Origin: Candidatus Heimdallarchaeota archaeon
Lineage (GTDB): Archaea; Asgardarchaeota; Heimdallarchaeia; Heimdallarchaeales; Heimdallarchaeaceae
Assembly: GCA_018238545.1 (NCBI GenBank)
Contig: JABCTC010000003.1
Coordinates: forward strand, 58,876-122,875
Direction of reading: 5' to 3'
Length of the DNA: 64,000 bases
Of this stretch, positions 28,077 to 38,463 are shown one piece after another. The first letter of the stretch is position 1, and every line of letters begins with the position of its first letter. The notes under the pieces are model-generated. The model saw only the letters and a program-made list of their open reading frames with translations. It was not told the DNA's origin and made no database searches. The translations under genes were made by a program, and so were the position numbers.

Positions 28077-28162
28077 AGCTAAAATGCACGTAACTTTCCA
28101 TAGAACAAACAAGATACATTCTCATCACAAGATTTTTTTGCAATGAATATAATTCTCCATTA

Positions 28163-29221
28163 ATGATAATCTGGTTTGACACTGTCACTGCTAAAGAACC
28201 TTTGTTATTTAATGCATTAGCTCTTGAACTTGAAAAAGAAGGTCATGAGACATTATTCACATGTAGAGATTATGATTATATTGTAAGTTTATTTGACTTG
28301 TTGCAGAGAGATGTAGAAGTGTTTGGTAAGCATGGAGGAAGTTCACTCTATGGAAAATTAATGGCTGGTAATAAGAGAATAGAGTTACTTGCAAATTATA
28401 TTAACAATCTGGATGCAAAACCTGATTACCACATCTCATTTTCAAGCCCTGAATCAACACGAGTTGCTTTTGGACTCGGGATTCCAACAATTACTATTAA
28501 CGATTCACCTCACGCTAAAGCCGTTGGAAAGCTAACAGTTCCTCTTTCAAAATATTTAGTTTATAGTTCGAGTATACCCAAAGAAAACTGGTTAGTTTTA
28601 GGTGCACTAGAGGAACAACTACAACCTTATGATGGAATTGATGAAGTAGCATGGCTTCTAAATTTCGAGCCAAATCCTGAAGTTCTAAGTCAGCTCTCTC
28701 TTACTGTGGAAGATCATTTTATTGTAGCTAGACCCGAAGAAAGCAGTGCATCTTACATGCTAGAACTAGGAATCGGTGGTCTTACCTATCTTGATTTGAT
28801 CCTAGAAGAAATTTTTAAAGAATATGAGGGAAAAGTTGTGATGTTTCCTAGATATGAAACACAAAAAGAAGCTTTGGTGAAAAAATTTGGAGACAAACTC
28901 ATCATTCCACCTAAAGCAGTGGATACGTTATCCCTCTATTACTATTCTGATCTCTGCATTACTGGAGGAGCTACAATGGCAAGGGAAGCCGCTGCAATTG
29001 GGACGCCTTCCATTTCATACTACCCTCAACCTTTAGATGTGTTAGAATATATTTCTTCTATTGGTATACCTTTGTATAATGAATACACAGTAGATCAAGC
29101 AATTGAAAGGGCCAAAATTTTAATTAACAATACAGCTGAGAAAAGTTCGATTAGACAAAAAACAAAACTAATTTTACAAGAACTTGAATCTCCCATAGAA
29201 AAAATTGTGAACCTATTGTGA
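28163..29221 (+). CDS. DUF354-family GT-B glycosyltransferase-like protein
   Basis: IWFD, GKHGG, SFSSPESTRVAFGLGIP, ARPEE, GGATMAREAA. Confidence 0.85.
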   Translation: MIIWFDTVTAKEPLLFNALALELEKEGHETLFTCRDYDYIVSLFDLLQRDVEVFGKHGGSSLYGKLMAGNKRIELLANYINNLDAKPDYHISFSSPESTRVAFGLGIPTITINDSPHAKAVGKLTVPLSKYLVYSSSIPKENWLVLGALEEQLQPYDGIDEVAWLLNFEPNPEVLSQLSLTVEDHFIVARPEESSASYMLELGIGGLTYLDLILEEIFKEYEGKVVMFPRYETQKEALVKKFGDKLIIPPKAVDTLSLYYYSDLCITGGATMAREAAAIGTPSISYYPQPLDVLEYISSIGIPLYNEYTVDQAIERAKILINNTAEKSSIRQKTKLILQELESPIEKIVNLL

Positions 29222-29295
29222 CATTTCTATCAAGATTCCTCATGTTTTTACGCAAAGATTTAATTTTGATATATTTTATCAATAGTTGAATATAG

Positions 29296-30456
29296 ATGAA
29301 TTTCACCTCTGAGAAACTTAAAAAAATAAAACCAAGCGGGATAAGGGAGCTGTTTGCTAAATCTCAAGGAATAGAAAATGTTATCTCTCTTGGAATAGGT
29401 GCTCCAGATATACACACTCCAGCTGAATTGAAGGAAGCACTTAAACAAGCTGTTTACGATAACTTCAACAATTATGGACAAACCCCAGGGCATCTAGGAT
29501 TAAGAGAAGCAATCACCAAGAAATACAAAGCAGAGTATGGTGTTGACTATAGTTCTGTTGATGGTACAATTGTAACTTGTGGTGGCGTTCAATTAATCTA
29601 CATAGCACTCCAAACTTATCTTTCACAAGGAGATGAAGTATTAGTCCAAGATCCTTGTTTTCTAACTTATCCTAGGCAAGTTACTCTAGCTGGAGGCAAA
29701 ACTGTCTGGATGCCTTCCACAGAAAATTTTGAGATTGACATTGAAAAGACAAAGGAGTTAATTACGGATAGAACTAAAGCTATAATGCTAAACTTCCCTT
29801 CCAATCCAACAGGGGCTGTAATGAGTAGAGAAGAATCGAAAGCAATGGTGGATATTGCGGTTGATAATGATCTGCTTATTCTTAGTGATGAAGTGTATGA
29901 ATATTATACCTTTGATGATTCTAAACATGTTCATATAGGTTCAATTGATGGTGCTTACGAAAGAACAATTACAATTAACTCCTTCTCCAAAACATATGCC
30001 ATACCTGGTTGGAGGATGGGCTATGGAGTAACAACACCTGAACTGATGAAACCTATGTTAGGTTATCATGGATTTGTTGTAGCAAATGCAACAACACCAA
30101 CACAAGTTGCTTTAGCAAATTTCATGCACACTCCTGCAGCTGTGAAATTTAAGAAAAATATTAGAGGAATCTTTCAGAAAAGAAGAGATGTCATAGTTGA
30201 TGGCTTAAATTCTATAGATGGCATTACTTGTCAGAAACCTGTTGGTTCTTTCTATTGTTATCCTGATATATCTCAAACGAAATACCCAGATGGTAATAGT
30301 TTCTCAACAAAAGCTTTTGATGAATCTAGAGTTATCTTAGTTCCAGGAACTGAATTCGGTCCCAGCCAAACAAATTATGTTAGAGCGAGTTTTGGGTCAG
30401 CTGATGTCACACAACTTGGAGAAGTGGTAGAACGATTAGCCTCTCTTGTTTCCTAG
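29296..30456 (+). CDS. PLP-dependent class I/II aminotransferase
   Basis: NFPSNPTG, SDEVYE, SFSKTYAIPGWRMGY. Confidence 0.93.
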   Translation: MNFTSEKLKKIKPSGIRELFAKSQGIENVISLGIGAPDIHTPAELKEALKQAVYDNFNNYGQTPGHLGLREAITKKYKAEYGVDYSSVDGTIVTCGGVQLIYIALQTYLSQGDEVLVQDPCFLTYPRQVTLAGGKTVWMPSTENFEIDIEKTKELITDRTKAIMLNFPSNPTGAVMSREESKAMVDIAVDNDLLILSDEVYEYYTFDDSKHVHIGSIDGAYERTITINSFSKTYAIPGWRMGYGVTTPELMKPMLGYHGFVVANATTPTQVALANFMHTPAAVKFKKNIRGIFQKRRDVIVDGLNSIDGITCQKPVGSFYCYPDISQTKYPDGNSFSTKAFDESRVILVPGTEFGPSQTNYVRASFGSADVTQLGEVVERLASLVS

Positions 30457-30511
30457 AAAGCCCTATGCAAATAACTTAAAAACAATAAATATAACGATAA
30501 AGTGAATACTA

Positions 30512-30697
30512 ATGGTAGACGAAAAACCAACATTGAGAATTTACTGCAAATTTTGTGAAGAAGAGTGTGATCAAGAATTTATTGGAGAGAATAGAAAAGA
30601 TACTTTTTCACTAACTTTCGTTTGTAAGTCGTGTGGGAATTATCACACATTCGAATTCTTCGGGAGCCAATTTGTACAACCTACCGAGCTGGATTGA
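30512..30697 (+). CDS. Small zinc-ribbon protein
   Basis: CKFC...CKSC in 61 aa. Confidence 0.65.
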   Translation: MVDEKPTLRIYCKFCEEECDQEFIGENRKDTFSLTFVCKSCGNYHTFEFFGSQFVQPTELD

Positions 30698-30899
30698 CCA
30701 AAACTCTCTTTTCTTACACTTTTAGCAAGTCTAATAATTGTATAGTTTTACACAATAGTATATTTTTGTAAAAAGTATTAGAAAGGCAGAAGTCTTCGGA
30801 GGTATAAATCTACACATATGTTTCGATAAAACTAGAACATTAGGTTTTTAAATGACATTTTCAATATGTAATATTAGAATCCAAGAAGGGGTTTAAAAC

Positions 30900-33767
30900 A
30901 TGAAAAAAAGAATATTTTTAGGCATTAGCCTTTTATTGATAATGCTGCCTTTAATCGTGCCCACTTCTGTAGTTAATACGAGTGCGAGTGACAACCCACT
31001 AAACACTGGATCAGCAGAGTTAGATGCTATTGATGCTGGTACAAAACTTACTTATGATATCACCACATTTGAATATGGTGAAGGAATATGGGATGTCCTT
31101 GACTTATTATTAGCACAGACAAATGCACCTGACTTCGACAAAGGTCTTGCAGGCACTTTAGAAGGTAGTGAATTTATTGTATATGTGACAGCAACAGGAG
31201 ATATAACTCTCTACAAATACAACTATACAAGTGGGTTATACTACGATCCAATAACAGTGACAGCTGAACAGATATTTGGGTTTTTGAAACTCAATACAGA
31301 TATAACTGCTTACGCAAATGTATCAATGTTCTCTTTTCCTGACGATTTCTTAGAAGGTAACTTCACCCTCTATTACGATTATTGGCCATGGAGTGATTTT
31401 GTAGATCCTGTATTAGACGATCCTACTGACATCTTTTGGATGAATTTCAATAGCACCTTTATAAGTGAATTTGAAAGAGGATTTGATGATGCTGCACTAG
31501 AATACCTCTACGGAGGCTACTACTGGAACCCATCTGTATGGGATGAACCATGGGCAGACTGGTATGGCGATTATGACATATCCTGGTTTGGACAAGACAA
31601 GGGAGCATATCATGGCTACCAATTTGGTTACGATGCCGTTTGGCATAGTAGTTTAAATCTAGCCTGGAATGATTCCGCAACAGCACTAGATGCTTATTAT
31701 GCCAGCTACTTTGATGGCAGAGATGATGGTTTCGCTGAAGGACAAGCAGATTATTTGAATAACAAAATACCAGATAATAATCCTCCTACACTACCTGCTC
31801 CAACAAATCTTGGAGAATGGGTATATGAGAGAGATTACCAAAGATATTGGAGTGATTTCTACCAAATGGGTTTCAGATATGAAGCTGATTTAGATAACTT
31901 CAATTTCGAACTCTATAAGGATCTTTATGAATCCTGGAATACCTGGTTTAACGGATATGTTGACGGTTACCAAAATTATTATTGGAACGGTAGAAATGAC
32001 GGATACTGGGATGCTTTCAATTCAGAACTATACGGAACAAATTACTATCCTCCAGATTACTTGGGTGGTTACTATGATGACTACGATTATGGTTATGAAG
32101 CAGGTATGTACGATGGATATGACCAAGGATACTCTGACGGCTACTATTCGACGTTTGTTGGAGAAGAAAAACTAAATGGTTATCACAGTGTTCTATACTC
32201 AGCTTATCAAGAAGGTTTTGCAGAAGGTTCTGCTGATAATTTAGCATCACAACCTTACGATGAAACTCCTACACTACCATATCCGTCTCCAGCAAATACA
32301 TTTGAAGAAGCAGCTAACGATTGTTATGACCAACAATATCGTGAAGGTTATGGCAATGGTTTCCTATATGCTACTCTAGTATCAAGTCCAAATTCATTAG
32401 ACTGGTTAAGAAGTTTAGGACCATTCTACAATATGACTCTACCTGATGTTGAAGTCAGTCTTCAAGGTGGTTCTCTATTACCAACACCATTAATGGATAT
32501 GACAACATTTACAGAAGTCGATTTGAATTTAATGGATGAGTATGAATTCGATAGAGGAACACACGATTATGGTGTATTCAGCAGTAATTTCATGTCATTC
32601 ATGTCTTTTGATGCTGTAGACCAAAATTGGACTGCATTCGATGAAATAGATTTTGCTCTAAATGAAACAGAAGGTTCTCCAGGATTTAATACAACTTGGG
32701 ATGTTGCGGATGATTCCTTCGTATTTGAAGTTCATATCAATGCTACAGAACCAGGTATTGCAGCAGACATCTATATGGGATATGATACTCTCACTGGAAA
32801 ATTACTCAACATTTCAGCAAGTTTAGATTTCTATTCTCAGACTGATATTTGGGCAAATATAGTTCTTAAGCTCAACGAAGGCAAAACAGAAACATGGACA
32901 CCACAACTGCCTTCTGCATATGGTGATCCAAATTCGTGGACTTACTCTATAGACAATTTTGTCTTCTACTATGACTTACCACCTACAGTTCCAACTGATT
33001 TTGCAGATGGTGTAGCTGAATTCAAGGCTGATGGAATATCTACAATCGGAAATCCATTACTTGGAGTTGATATGAAAAGCTATGATGGTATATGGGCAAT
33101 CGCTGATTATACTTTCTACGATCCTACCAACACTTCAGAACTACCAAATACAGAAGAATATAGATATCCTATGATTTTCCCTGCAGGTCATCAGATTTTG
33201 CCTGATTGGGATTTCTATGATGGATTCGCAACAACTGTTTCTTCAGTCTTTGGTCATGCAGATTACCTAGTGGACGCTGCAACAGCCCTATCAGGAAAAA
33301 ATACTAATGTCAATATAGTTAATATCGCTTTCAATCCAGTAATTGGTTCTTATCACCATGTTGCTACTGGACTTGATGTAATGTATTATTATGTCTCATT
33401 AGAAGCAGATGTTGATATGACATTCAGTATGTTGAACGGTGACTATGTTTGGGAAACAACAACTGTAGATGGAACGATCGATGCATTCCTTTGGGTAGGT
33501 ATTGATTATATTACTGGTGTTGTTCTAGGAGCTGGTGTTAAAACTAGTTTTGACTTTGAATTAACAGCAGTGCCAGACTATGGAAACAATGGTGCAATAG
33601 CAGCTTACTTAGAGGTTACTGTAGGTGTAGACTTCAGAGCTATCCCACATATTGATACTCTGATTGGTACATTACCAACAGTCTTTGAGTTCAGTTTATT
33701 ACCACTGTTAAGCATTATCGGTTTAGCAGGAATGGTAAGCGCAGTAATATTCTTCAAAAAGAAATAA
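30900..33767 (+). CDS. Large acidic cell-surface glycoprotein with GYxDG-type repeats and C-terminal sorting/TM anchor
   Basis: Sec signal peptide; Tyr/Asp/Gly-rich repeats; many N-x-S/T sequons; C-terminal VFEFS + TM + KKK. Confidence 0.8.
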   Translation: MKKRIFLGISLLLIMLPLIVPTSVVNTSASDNPLNTGSAELDAIDAGTKLTYDITTFEYGEGIWDVLDLLLAQTNAPDFDKGLAGTLEGSEFIVYVTATGDITLYKYNYTSGLYYDPITVTAEQIFGFLKLNTDITAYANVSMFSFPDDFLEGNFTLYYDYWPWSDFVDPVLDDPTDIFWMNFNSTFISEFERGFDDAALEYLYGGYYWNPSVWDEPWADWYGDYDISWFGQDKGAYHGYQFGYDAVWHSSLNLAWNDSATALDAYYASYFDGRDDGFAEGQADYLNNKIPDNNPPTLPAPTNLGEWVYERDYQRYWSDFYQMGFRYEADLDNFNFELYKDLYESWNTWFNGYVDGYQNYYWNGRNDGYWDAFNSELYGTNYYPPDYLGGYYDDYDYGYEAGMYDGYDQGYSDGYYSTFVGEEKLNGYHSVLYSAYQEGFAEGSADNLASQPYDETPTLPYPSPANTFEEAANDCYDQQYREGYGNGFLYATLVSSPNSLDWLRSLGPFYNMTLPDVEVSLQGGSLLPTPLMDMTTFTEVDLNLMDEYEFDRGTHDYGVFSSNFMSFMSFDAVDQNWTAFDEIDFALNETEGSPGFNTTWDVADDSFVFEVHINATEPGIAADIYMGYDTLTGKLLNISASLDFYSQTDIWANIVLKLNEGKTETWTPQLPSAYGDPNSWTYSIDNFVFYYDLPPTVPTDFADGVAEFKADGISTIGNPLLGVDMKSYDGIWAIADYTFYDPTNTSELPNTEEYRYPMIFPAGHQILPDWDFYDGFATTVSSVFGHADYLVDAATALSGKNTNVNIVNIAFNPVIGSYHHVATGLDVMYYYVSLEADVDMTFSMLNGDYVWETTTVDGTIDAFLWVGIDYITGVVLGAGVKTSFDFELTAVPDYGNNGAIAAYLEVTVGVDFRAIPHIDTLIGTLPTVFEFSLLPLLSIIGLAGMVSAVIFFKKK

Positions 33768-33800
33768 TTTTCTTTTTCTTTTTTCCTTTTTTTATTTTTC
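33768..33800 (+). terminator. Oligo-T archaeal terminator between convergent genes
   Basis: About 30-nt T-rich run immediately after the stop codon. Confidence 0.5.
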
Positions 33801-33830
33801 AATCAGAAAAAAAGATGATGTGATAAAAAA

Positions 33831-35288
33831 TTAAATGAAGGGATTTTTTGCTAATCCCAGTTTAATCATAGCTTTCAAAACTTTTATTCCAAAACGAAGT
33901 TTAAAGTCAAGCTTCTTTGCCGCTACACTAAGTTGAGAAACTCTCAAATAGGGAACTTCACTCATCAATCCTCGCACTCTTTCTTTTGATATCATGTCGA
34001 TTTTTAGTAGCAAATCTGGTATAGTTCCAGATATAGAAATATCTTGAACAGGATATTTGATTTCTCCTTTCTTTATGTACCAACCTGAACCTGTGACAGC
34101 AAATCTTCCACTACTCAAATCTGACATGTGAATACCCATGAAATTTTTTAACATGAAACCCTCTTGAGTTTCACTAATCATCTCATCTAAGGAAGAGTCA
34201 CCAGGTTCGATTTTTGTTGCAAAAGAACCAATACTTGGTGGAGATTTTACTGGATTTCCACCTAAGAAACCTCCTCTAGAAGCTTTACCATTGCTTTCCA
34301 TGTTCAGTTTATTACCATAGTAAGTGTCAAGGTAATAGGTTTGAAGAACCCCATTCTCAATTAGTTTTGTTTGCTCAGTTGGAACACCTTCTCCATCGTA
34401 ACTAGCAGATGTAACCATGTCGGGATCAAGAGGGTCATCTATCATAGTAAAATTCTCATTAGCTATCAAATCGCCAATTTTATCCGCAAAAACCGTTTCT
34501 CCGCGTGAAGCTTTATCTCCATGCAATAACCTGTTTAACACATTGAACAATCCACCCATGATACCATAAGAGCCATCAGGCGATATTATGATTGGATACT
34601 CACCTGAAATAGAAAGCGTTCTTGGTTTTGCTATCTCAAGGACTTTATCTATGGCTTTAATGCCAAGTTGTTTTGTATTGATTGACCCAAGCTTTCTTGC
34701 TCCTTCGATATGAAAATCATAATTTGGGAACCCATGAGTGGATAAGTAGGCTAGACCTAAACCATAACCAGCATCCTGATCATGCAAATCAATACCTTGA
34801 GAATTCTTTAGGAAAGTCTCTCCCATCCCAAAGAATCCCATTGATTGTAGAAAGAATATGTCTGATGGTAGTTTATCAACGTGTATTTCTTCAAACAAAT
34901 CAGCTGCACCATCTGCTTCGATTTCAAGCAGTTTCTTGTCTACATCTAGCTTGTGTGTTGCTTCTTTGGGATCTGGAAAACCCATTAAATCGGGATCTGG
35001 TTTTTTTGTTTTTGCATTTTGTATAGCTAAGTTCACAGTGTATTTGATATCTTCTTCACCGAATGATGATGTATAGGCAAAACCTTTGGCTTGTTGTGCT
35101 ATAACACGAAATGAGAGACCATGTTGTATCCCAATGCTGTGTTTAGGTTTGTTCTTTTCTAACTCTAGGTTGTAAGCTTTTTGGTTTACTCCATAACCCT
35201 CACAATGAGACGCACCTTCTTTCTTAGCATGTTTCAACCCTATGTCTATTGCTTTTTTTATCTTTACGTTTAAATCGTTTTCAGTCAT
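33831..35288 (-). CDS. pmbA: TldE/PmbA family protein
   Basis: YDGEGVP, IENGVL, SSGRFAV, no HExxxH; directly downstream of tldD. Confidence 0.88.
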   Translation of the reverse strand: MTENDLNVKIKKAIDIGLKHAKKEGASHCEGYGVNQKAYNLELEKNKPKHSIGIQHGLSFRVIAQQAKGFAYTSSFGEEDIKYTVNLAIQNAKTKKPDPDLMGFPDPKEATHKLDVDKKLLEIEADGAADLFEEIHVDKLPSDIFFLQSMGFFGMGETFLKNSQGIDLHDQDAGYGLGLAYLSTHGFPNYDFHIEGARKLGSINTKQLGIKAIDKVLEIAKPRTLSISGEYPIIISPDGSYGIMGGLFNVLNRLLHGDKASRGETVFADKIGDLIANENFTMIDDPLDPDMVTSASYDGEGVPTEQTKLIENGVLQTYYLDTYYGNKLNMESNGKASRGGFLGGNPVKSPPSIGSFATKIEPGDSSLDEMISETQEGFMLKNFMGIHMSDLSSGRFAVTGSGWYIKKGEIKYPVQDISISGTIPDLLLKIDMISKERVRGLMSEVPYLRVSQLSVAAKKLDFKLRFGIKVLKAMIKLGLAKNPFI

Positions 35289-35296
35289 TTTTCACA

Positions 35297-36715
35297 TCAT
35301 CCTATTACTATACTTTTCACGGCTAACCATCCGCCAGAAACTCCTACAGGAGCTGATTGCCCATCCTTCCCACAGAAACCTATAGAGTCTAAAGGATTCT
35401 CCATCTCAGGGGATATTCCTGTGATTTTATTTAGAGTTTCAAGAGTGTTGCCTGCTAATGTTGTTGGTCTGTATCTCTTTCCAACTTCCCCGTTTTTGAT
35501 TTCATAGAGTTCTGCTACTCCGAAATTAAAGGTGCCCTTGATTGGGTCTACCTGTCCACCTCCACCTTGCATGAGGAGAAATCCGTTCTTTATTTGTTCT
35601 AGCAATTCTTCTGGTTTCATTGGATTAGATGCTGGAGAAATATATGTGTTAGTCATTCTGACTATTTGAGGAACATTATAAGCTTCAGCTCGAGAATTTC
35701 CTGTAGGTTTCAATTCGAAATAAGCAGCTGTTGATCTATCATTAAGATATGTTTCTAGAATGCCATTTTTAATGATGTATGTTTTCTGACCTGGAACTCC
35801 TTCATCGTCGTATTTCAAGTAACCAAAGGTTTTGATTCCTGTAGATTCTTGTAGCGATCCATCGTCTATTAGATTCACAATGGGTGCAGCCACTCTCTTC
35901 TCAAGTTTCCCTTTCAAAACACCTGCTGTTTGCACAAAATCTCCTTCAGCACTATGTCCAGCTGCTTCATGAGCAAAAAGATGGTTTATTGTACCATCTA
36001 AGACAACTGGGTATCTACCACTCTTAACCTTTGGAGATTTTAATCCTTCTAGCGCTCTTTCTTTAGCTTTTTCTCCGATTTCTGTTGGAGATCGAAAATC
36101 AAAGACCTCTAAGCCACCCAAATGTCCAATCCTGCTTCTCCCTTCTATTGTTTCAGATTCCTCTCTTGCAACTGATAATCCATACATCATTACATATGGA
36201 ACATTATATTCGATGATTGTACCTTCTGTGGTTTCTAGAACCATTTTACGTAGAACTTCTCGATAAAACGAAGTTCTTGATTTAATTCTTTCATCCTCTT
36301 GTGCTTTATCGGCTTCCATTGTTAATTCTATCTTTTTGTCAAAGCCGACATCGTGGAGTTTCTTCTTTTGTGCTCCTTCAAACTTATCTTGAATTGTTTT
36401 TACTTCTGCAAGTTTTATATCCTGTGTCTTATTTCGCAAATTTAGTCTGTTTGCTTGCAGAGCCATTTTGACTATATCTGAACCGCTTTCTACAGGTCCA
36501 CATGAAAATCCCCAAACTCCTTCTTTTAGAATTCGCAACCCTATTCCTGATTCAATCCCAGTTATACTCTCTTCTACTTTACCATTGACAGTTTTGATTA
36601 CTGTCATGTGCGAGTTTTCTAACCGTATATCGGCATAGTCAACTTTCTCTTTTCCAAGAGTTTCAAACATTTTTGAAATTATTTTGTCTGACATTTCATA
36701 AAAAAGGGGATTCAT
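35297..36715 (-). CDS. tldD: TldD metalloprotease
   Basis: HEAAGH, DDEGVP, TGNSRA, RMTNT, CGKDGQ. Confidence 0.93.
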   Translation of the reverse strand: MNPLFYEMSDKIISKMFETLGKEKVDYADIRLENSHMTVIKTVNGKVEESITGIESGIGLRILKEGVWGFSCGPVESGSDIVKMALQANRLNLRNKTQDIKLAEVKTIQDKFEGAQKKKLHDVGFDKKIELTMEADKAQEDERIKSRTSFYREVLRKMVLETTEGTIIEYNVPYVMMYGLSVAREESETIEGRSRIGHLGGLEVFDFRSPTEIGEKAKERALEGLKSPKVKSGRYPVVLDGTINHLFAHEAAGHSAEGDFVQTAGVLKGKLEKRVAAPIVNLIDDGSLQESTGIKTFGYLKYDDEGVPGQKTYIIKNGILETYLNDRSTAAYFELKPTGNSRAEAYNVPQIVRMTNTYISPASNPMKPEELLEQIKNGFLLMQGGGGQVDPIKGTFNFGVAELYEIKNGEVGKRYRPTTLAGNTLETLNKITGISPEMENPLDSIGFCGKDGQSAPVGVSGGWLAVKSIVIG

Positions 36716-36776
36716 GCTTTTATAAGTATAACCAAATATAGAGTAAATTTAAAATCTCAAGAACAACATTACAATC

Positions 36777-37613
36777 ATGGATTTACAGTTAAAGGGAAAA
36801 CATATCTTAGTTACGGGAGCAAGTGGAGGAATTGGAAAAGCTATCGTAGAAGCATTGTATGAGGAAGATTCAAAGATTACTCTACATGTGTTTAAGAATA
36901 TCGAAGTAGCAAAGGATCTAGTGCTTAAATTAGGTGATGAAGAACGTTTACATGTCATTCAAGCTGATTTGAGGAAGGAGGAAGACGTCTCCAACATGTT
37001 TAGATCTGCAAATAAAAGGTATGGGAGAATTGACGGTTTAGTAGCTAATGCCGGAATCTGGTCTTCTGAACCTAAATTCACTTCTCAGCTAAGTTTAGAA
37101 CAGTGGAATAACACTATTAAGGTAAATCTAACGGGAGTTTTTCTCTGTGTTAAGGAATTCTTCAAGAATTTAGAAAAACACCCAGAGAAACAAGCATCTG
37201 TGGTTCTTATTGGGTCAACTGCTGGAAGTTTTGGTGAATCTGGATATGCGGATTATTCAGCAACAAAATCAGCACTGATGTATGGTTTAACTAATACATG
37301 GAAAAACGAAATAATTCATTTTGCGTCATTAGGTAGGGTTAATACGGTAGCTCCAGGGTGGACTTTCACTCAAATGGCAATGGAATCTCTTAAGGATGAG
37401 ACAGAAGTGAAAAAAGTTCTTCAAACCATACCTCTTAGGAAAATAGCTAGTGCCGAGGATATAGCTTCATCTGTTTTGTTTTTACTATCAGACAAAGTAG
37501 CAGGACATGTGAGTGGTGAAACACTTATGGTTGATGGAGGAATGGAAGGTAGGAGATTGTTCGATCAGAATGAGATTGATGTCAACTTTCTGAAGAATCT
37601 AAGAAAAGAATGA
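36777..37613 (+). CDS. Short-chain dehydrogenase/reductase
   Basis: TGASGGIG, ANAG, YSATK, VDGG. Confidence 0.93.
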   Translation: MDLQLKGKHILVTGASGGIGKAIVEALYEEDSKITLHVFKNIEVAKDLVLKLGDEERLHVIQADLRKEEDVSNMFRSANKRYGRIDGLVANAGIWSSEPKFTSQLSLEQWNNTIKVNLTGVFLCVKEFFKNLEKHPEKQASVVLIGSTAGSFGESGYADYSATKSALMYGLTNTWKNEIIHFASLGRVNTVAPGWTFTQMAMESLKDETEVKKVLQTIPLRKIASAEDIASSVLFLLSDKVAGHVSGETLMVDGGMEGRRLFDQNEIDVNFLKNLRKE

Positions 37614-37663
37614 GGTAAGTTCGTAGCAATATCTTTAATTTATACATGAGGTTGTTTACGTAG

Positions 37664-38386
37664 ATGTCATATAACTCACTTGAAGTTGATGTTGCAGCTA
37701 ATTACAATAATGTTTTACAAAGGGTAGAGAATAGTGCAAAAATATCTTCTCGAGATGGTTCAAACATAACTGTAGTGGGAGTTTCTAAAAGGATTGAGCT
37801 TTCAAGGATTAAATCTGCTATCGATGCTGGTTTGAAGATAGTGGGCGAAGTAGCAGGAACAGAATTAAAGAAAAAATTGCCAGATATTATTCGATACAGT
37901 CCTTCGACTGAAATACAAATCGTTGGTCATCTTCAATCAAATAAGATCAAATATTCTGTAGAAAACTGTCAACTAATACAGAGCATACAATCAGAGAAAA
38001 TACTAATACTTGTAAATAAGTTCGCACAGAAACAAGATAAAATCTATCCGATTTTTCTACAGGTCGATTTTAGCAATATTTTGAAACAAAAAGGTTTGAA
38101 CTTGGAAGAAACTCTGAAGATGTTAAAACTTAGTGATTCACTGGCTAACGTTGAAACCAGAGGTATTATGACAATAGCTCCTCTTGAATTAGAAAAAGAT
38201 GAACATAATCTGCGTAAATTTTTTGCTAAAACTCACAAAATATTCCAAGAAAAAATAAGACCCAAACTGTCCAATACAGATGTTCAATTATCAATGGGGA
38301 TGTCTAATGATTTCGAAATCGCAATTCAAGAAGGCTCAACTATGGTGAGAGTAGGAACAGCTATTTTTGGTCCGAGGATGAACTAA
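37664..38386 (+). CDS. yggS: YggS/PLPBP pyridoxal phosphate homeostasis protein
   Basis: VGVSK, GHLQSNK, LSMGMSNDFEIAIQEGSTMVRVGTAIFG. Confidence 0.92.
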   Translation: MSYNSLEVDVAANYNNVLQRVENSAKISSRDGSNITVVGVSKRIELSRIKSAIDAGLKIVGEVAGTELKKKLPDIIRYSPSTEIQIVGHLQSNKIKYSVENCQLIQSIQSEKILILVNKFAQKQDKIYPIFLQVDFSNILKQKGLNLEETLKMLKLSDSLANVETRGIMTIAPLELEKDEHNLRKFFAKTHKIFQEKIRPKLSNTDVQLSMGMSNDFEIAIQEGSTMVRVGTAIFGPRMN

Positions 38387-38463
38387 TTCTTTTTTATATT
38401 GAGCAATTTAGATGAGTTTAAAAGTGAGTAATAGTAAGTTAAAATTGTAAACAATTATACACG

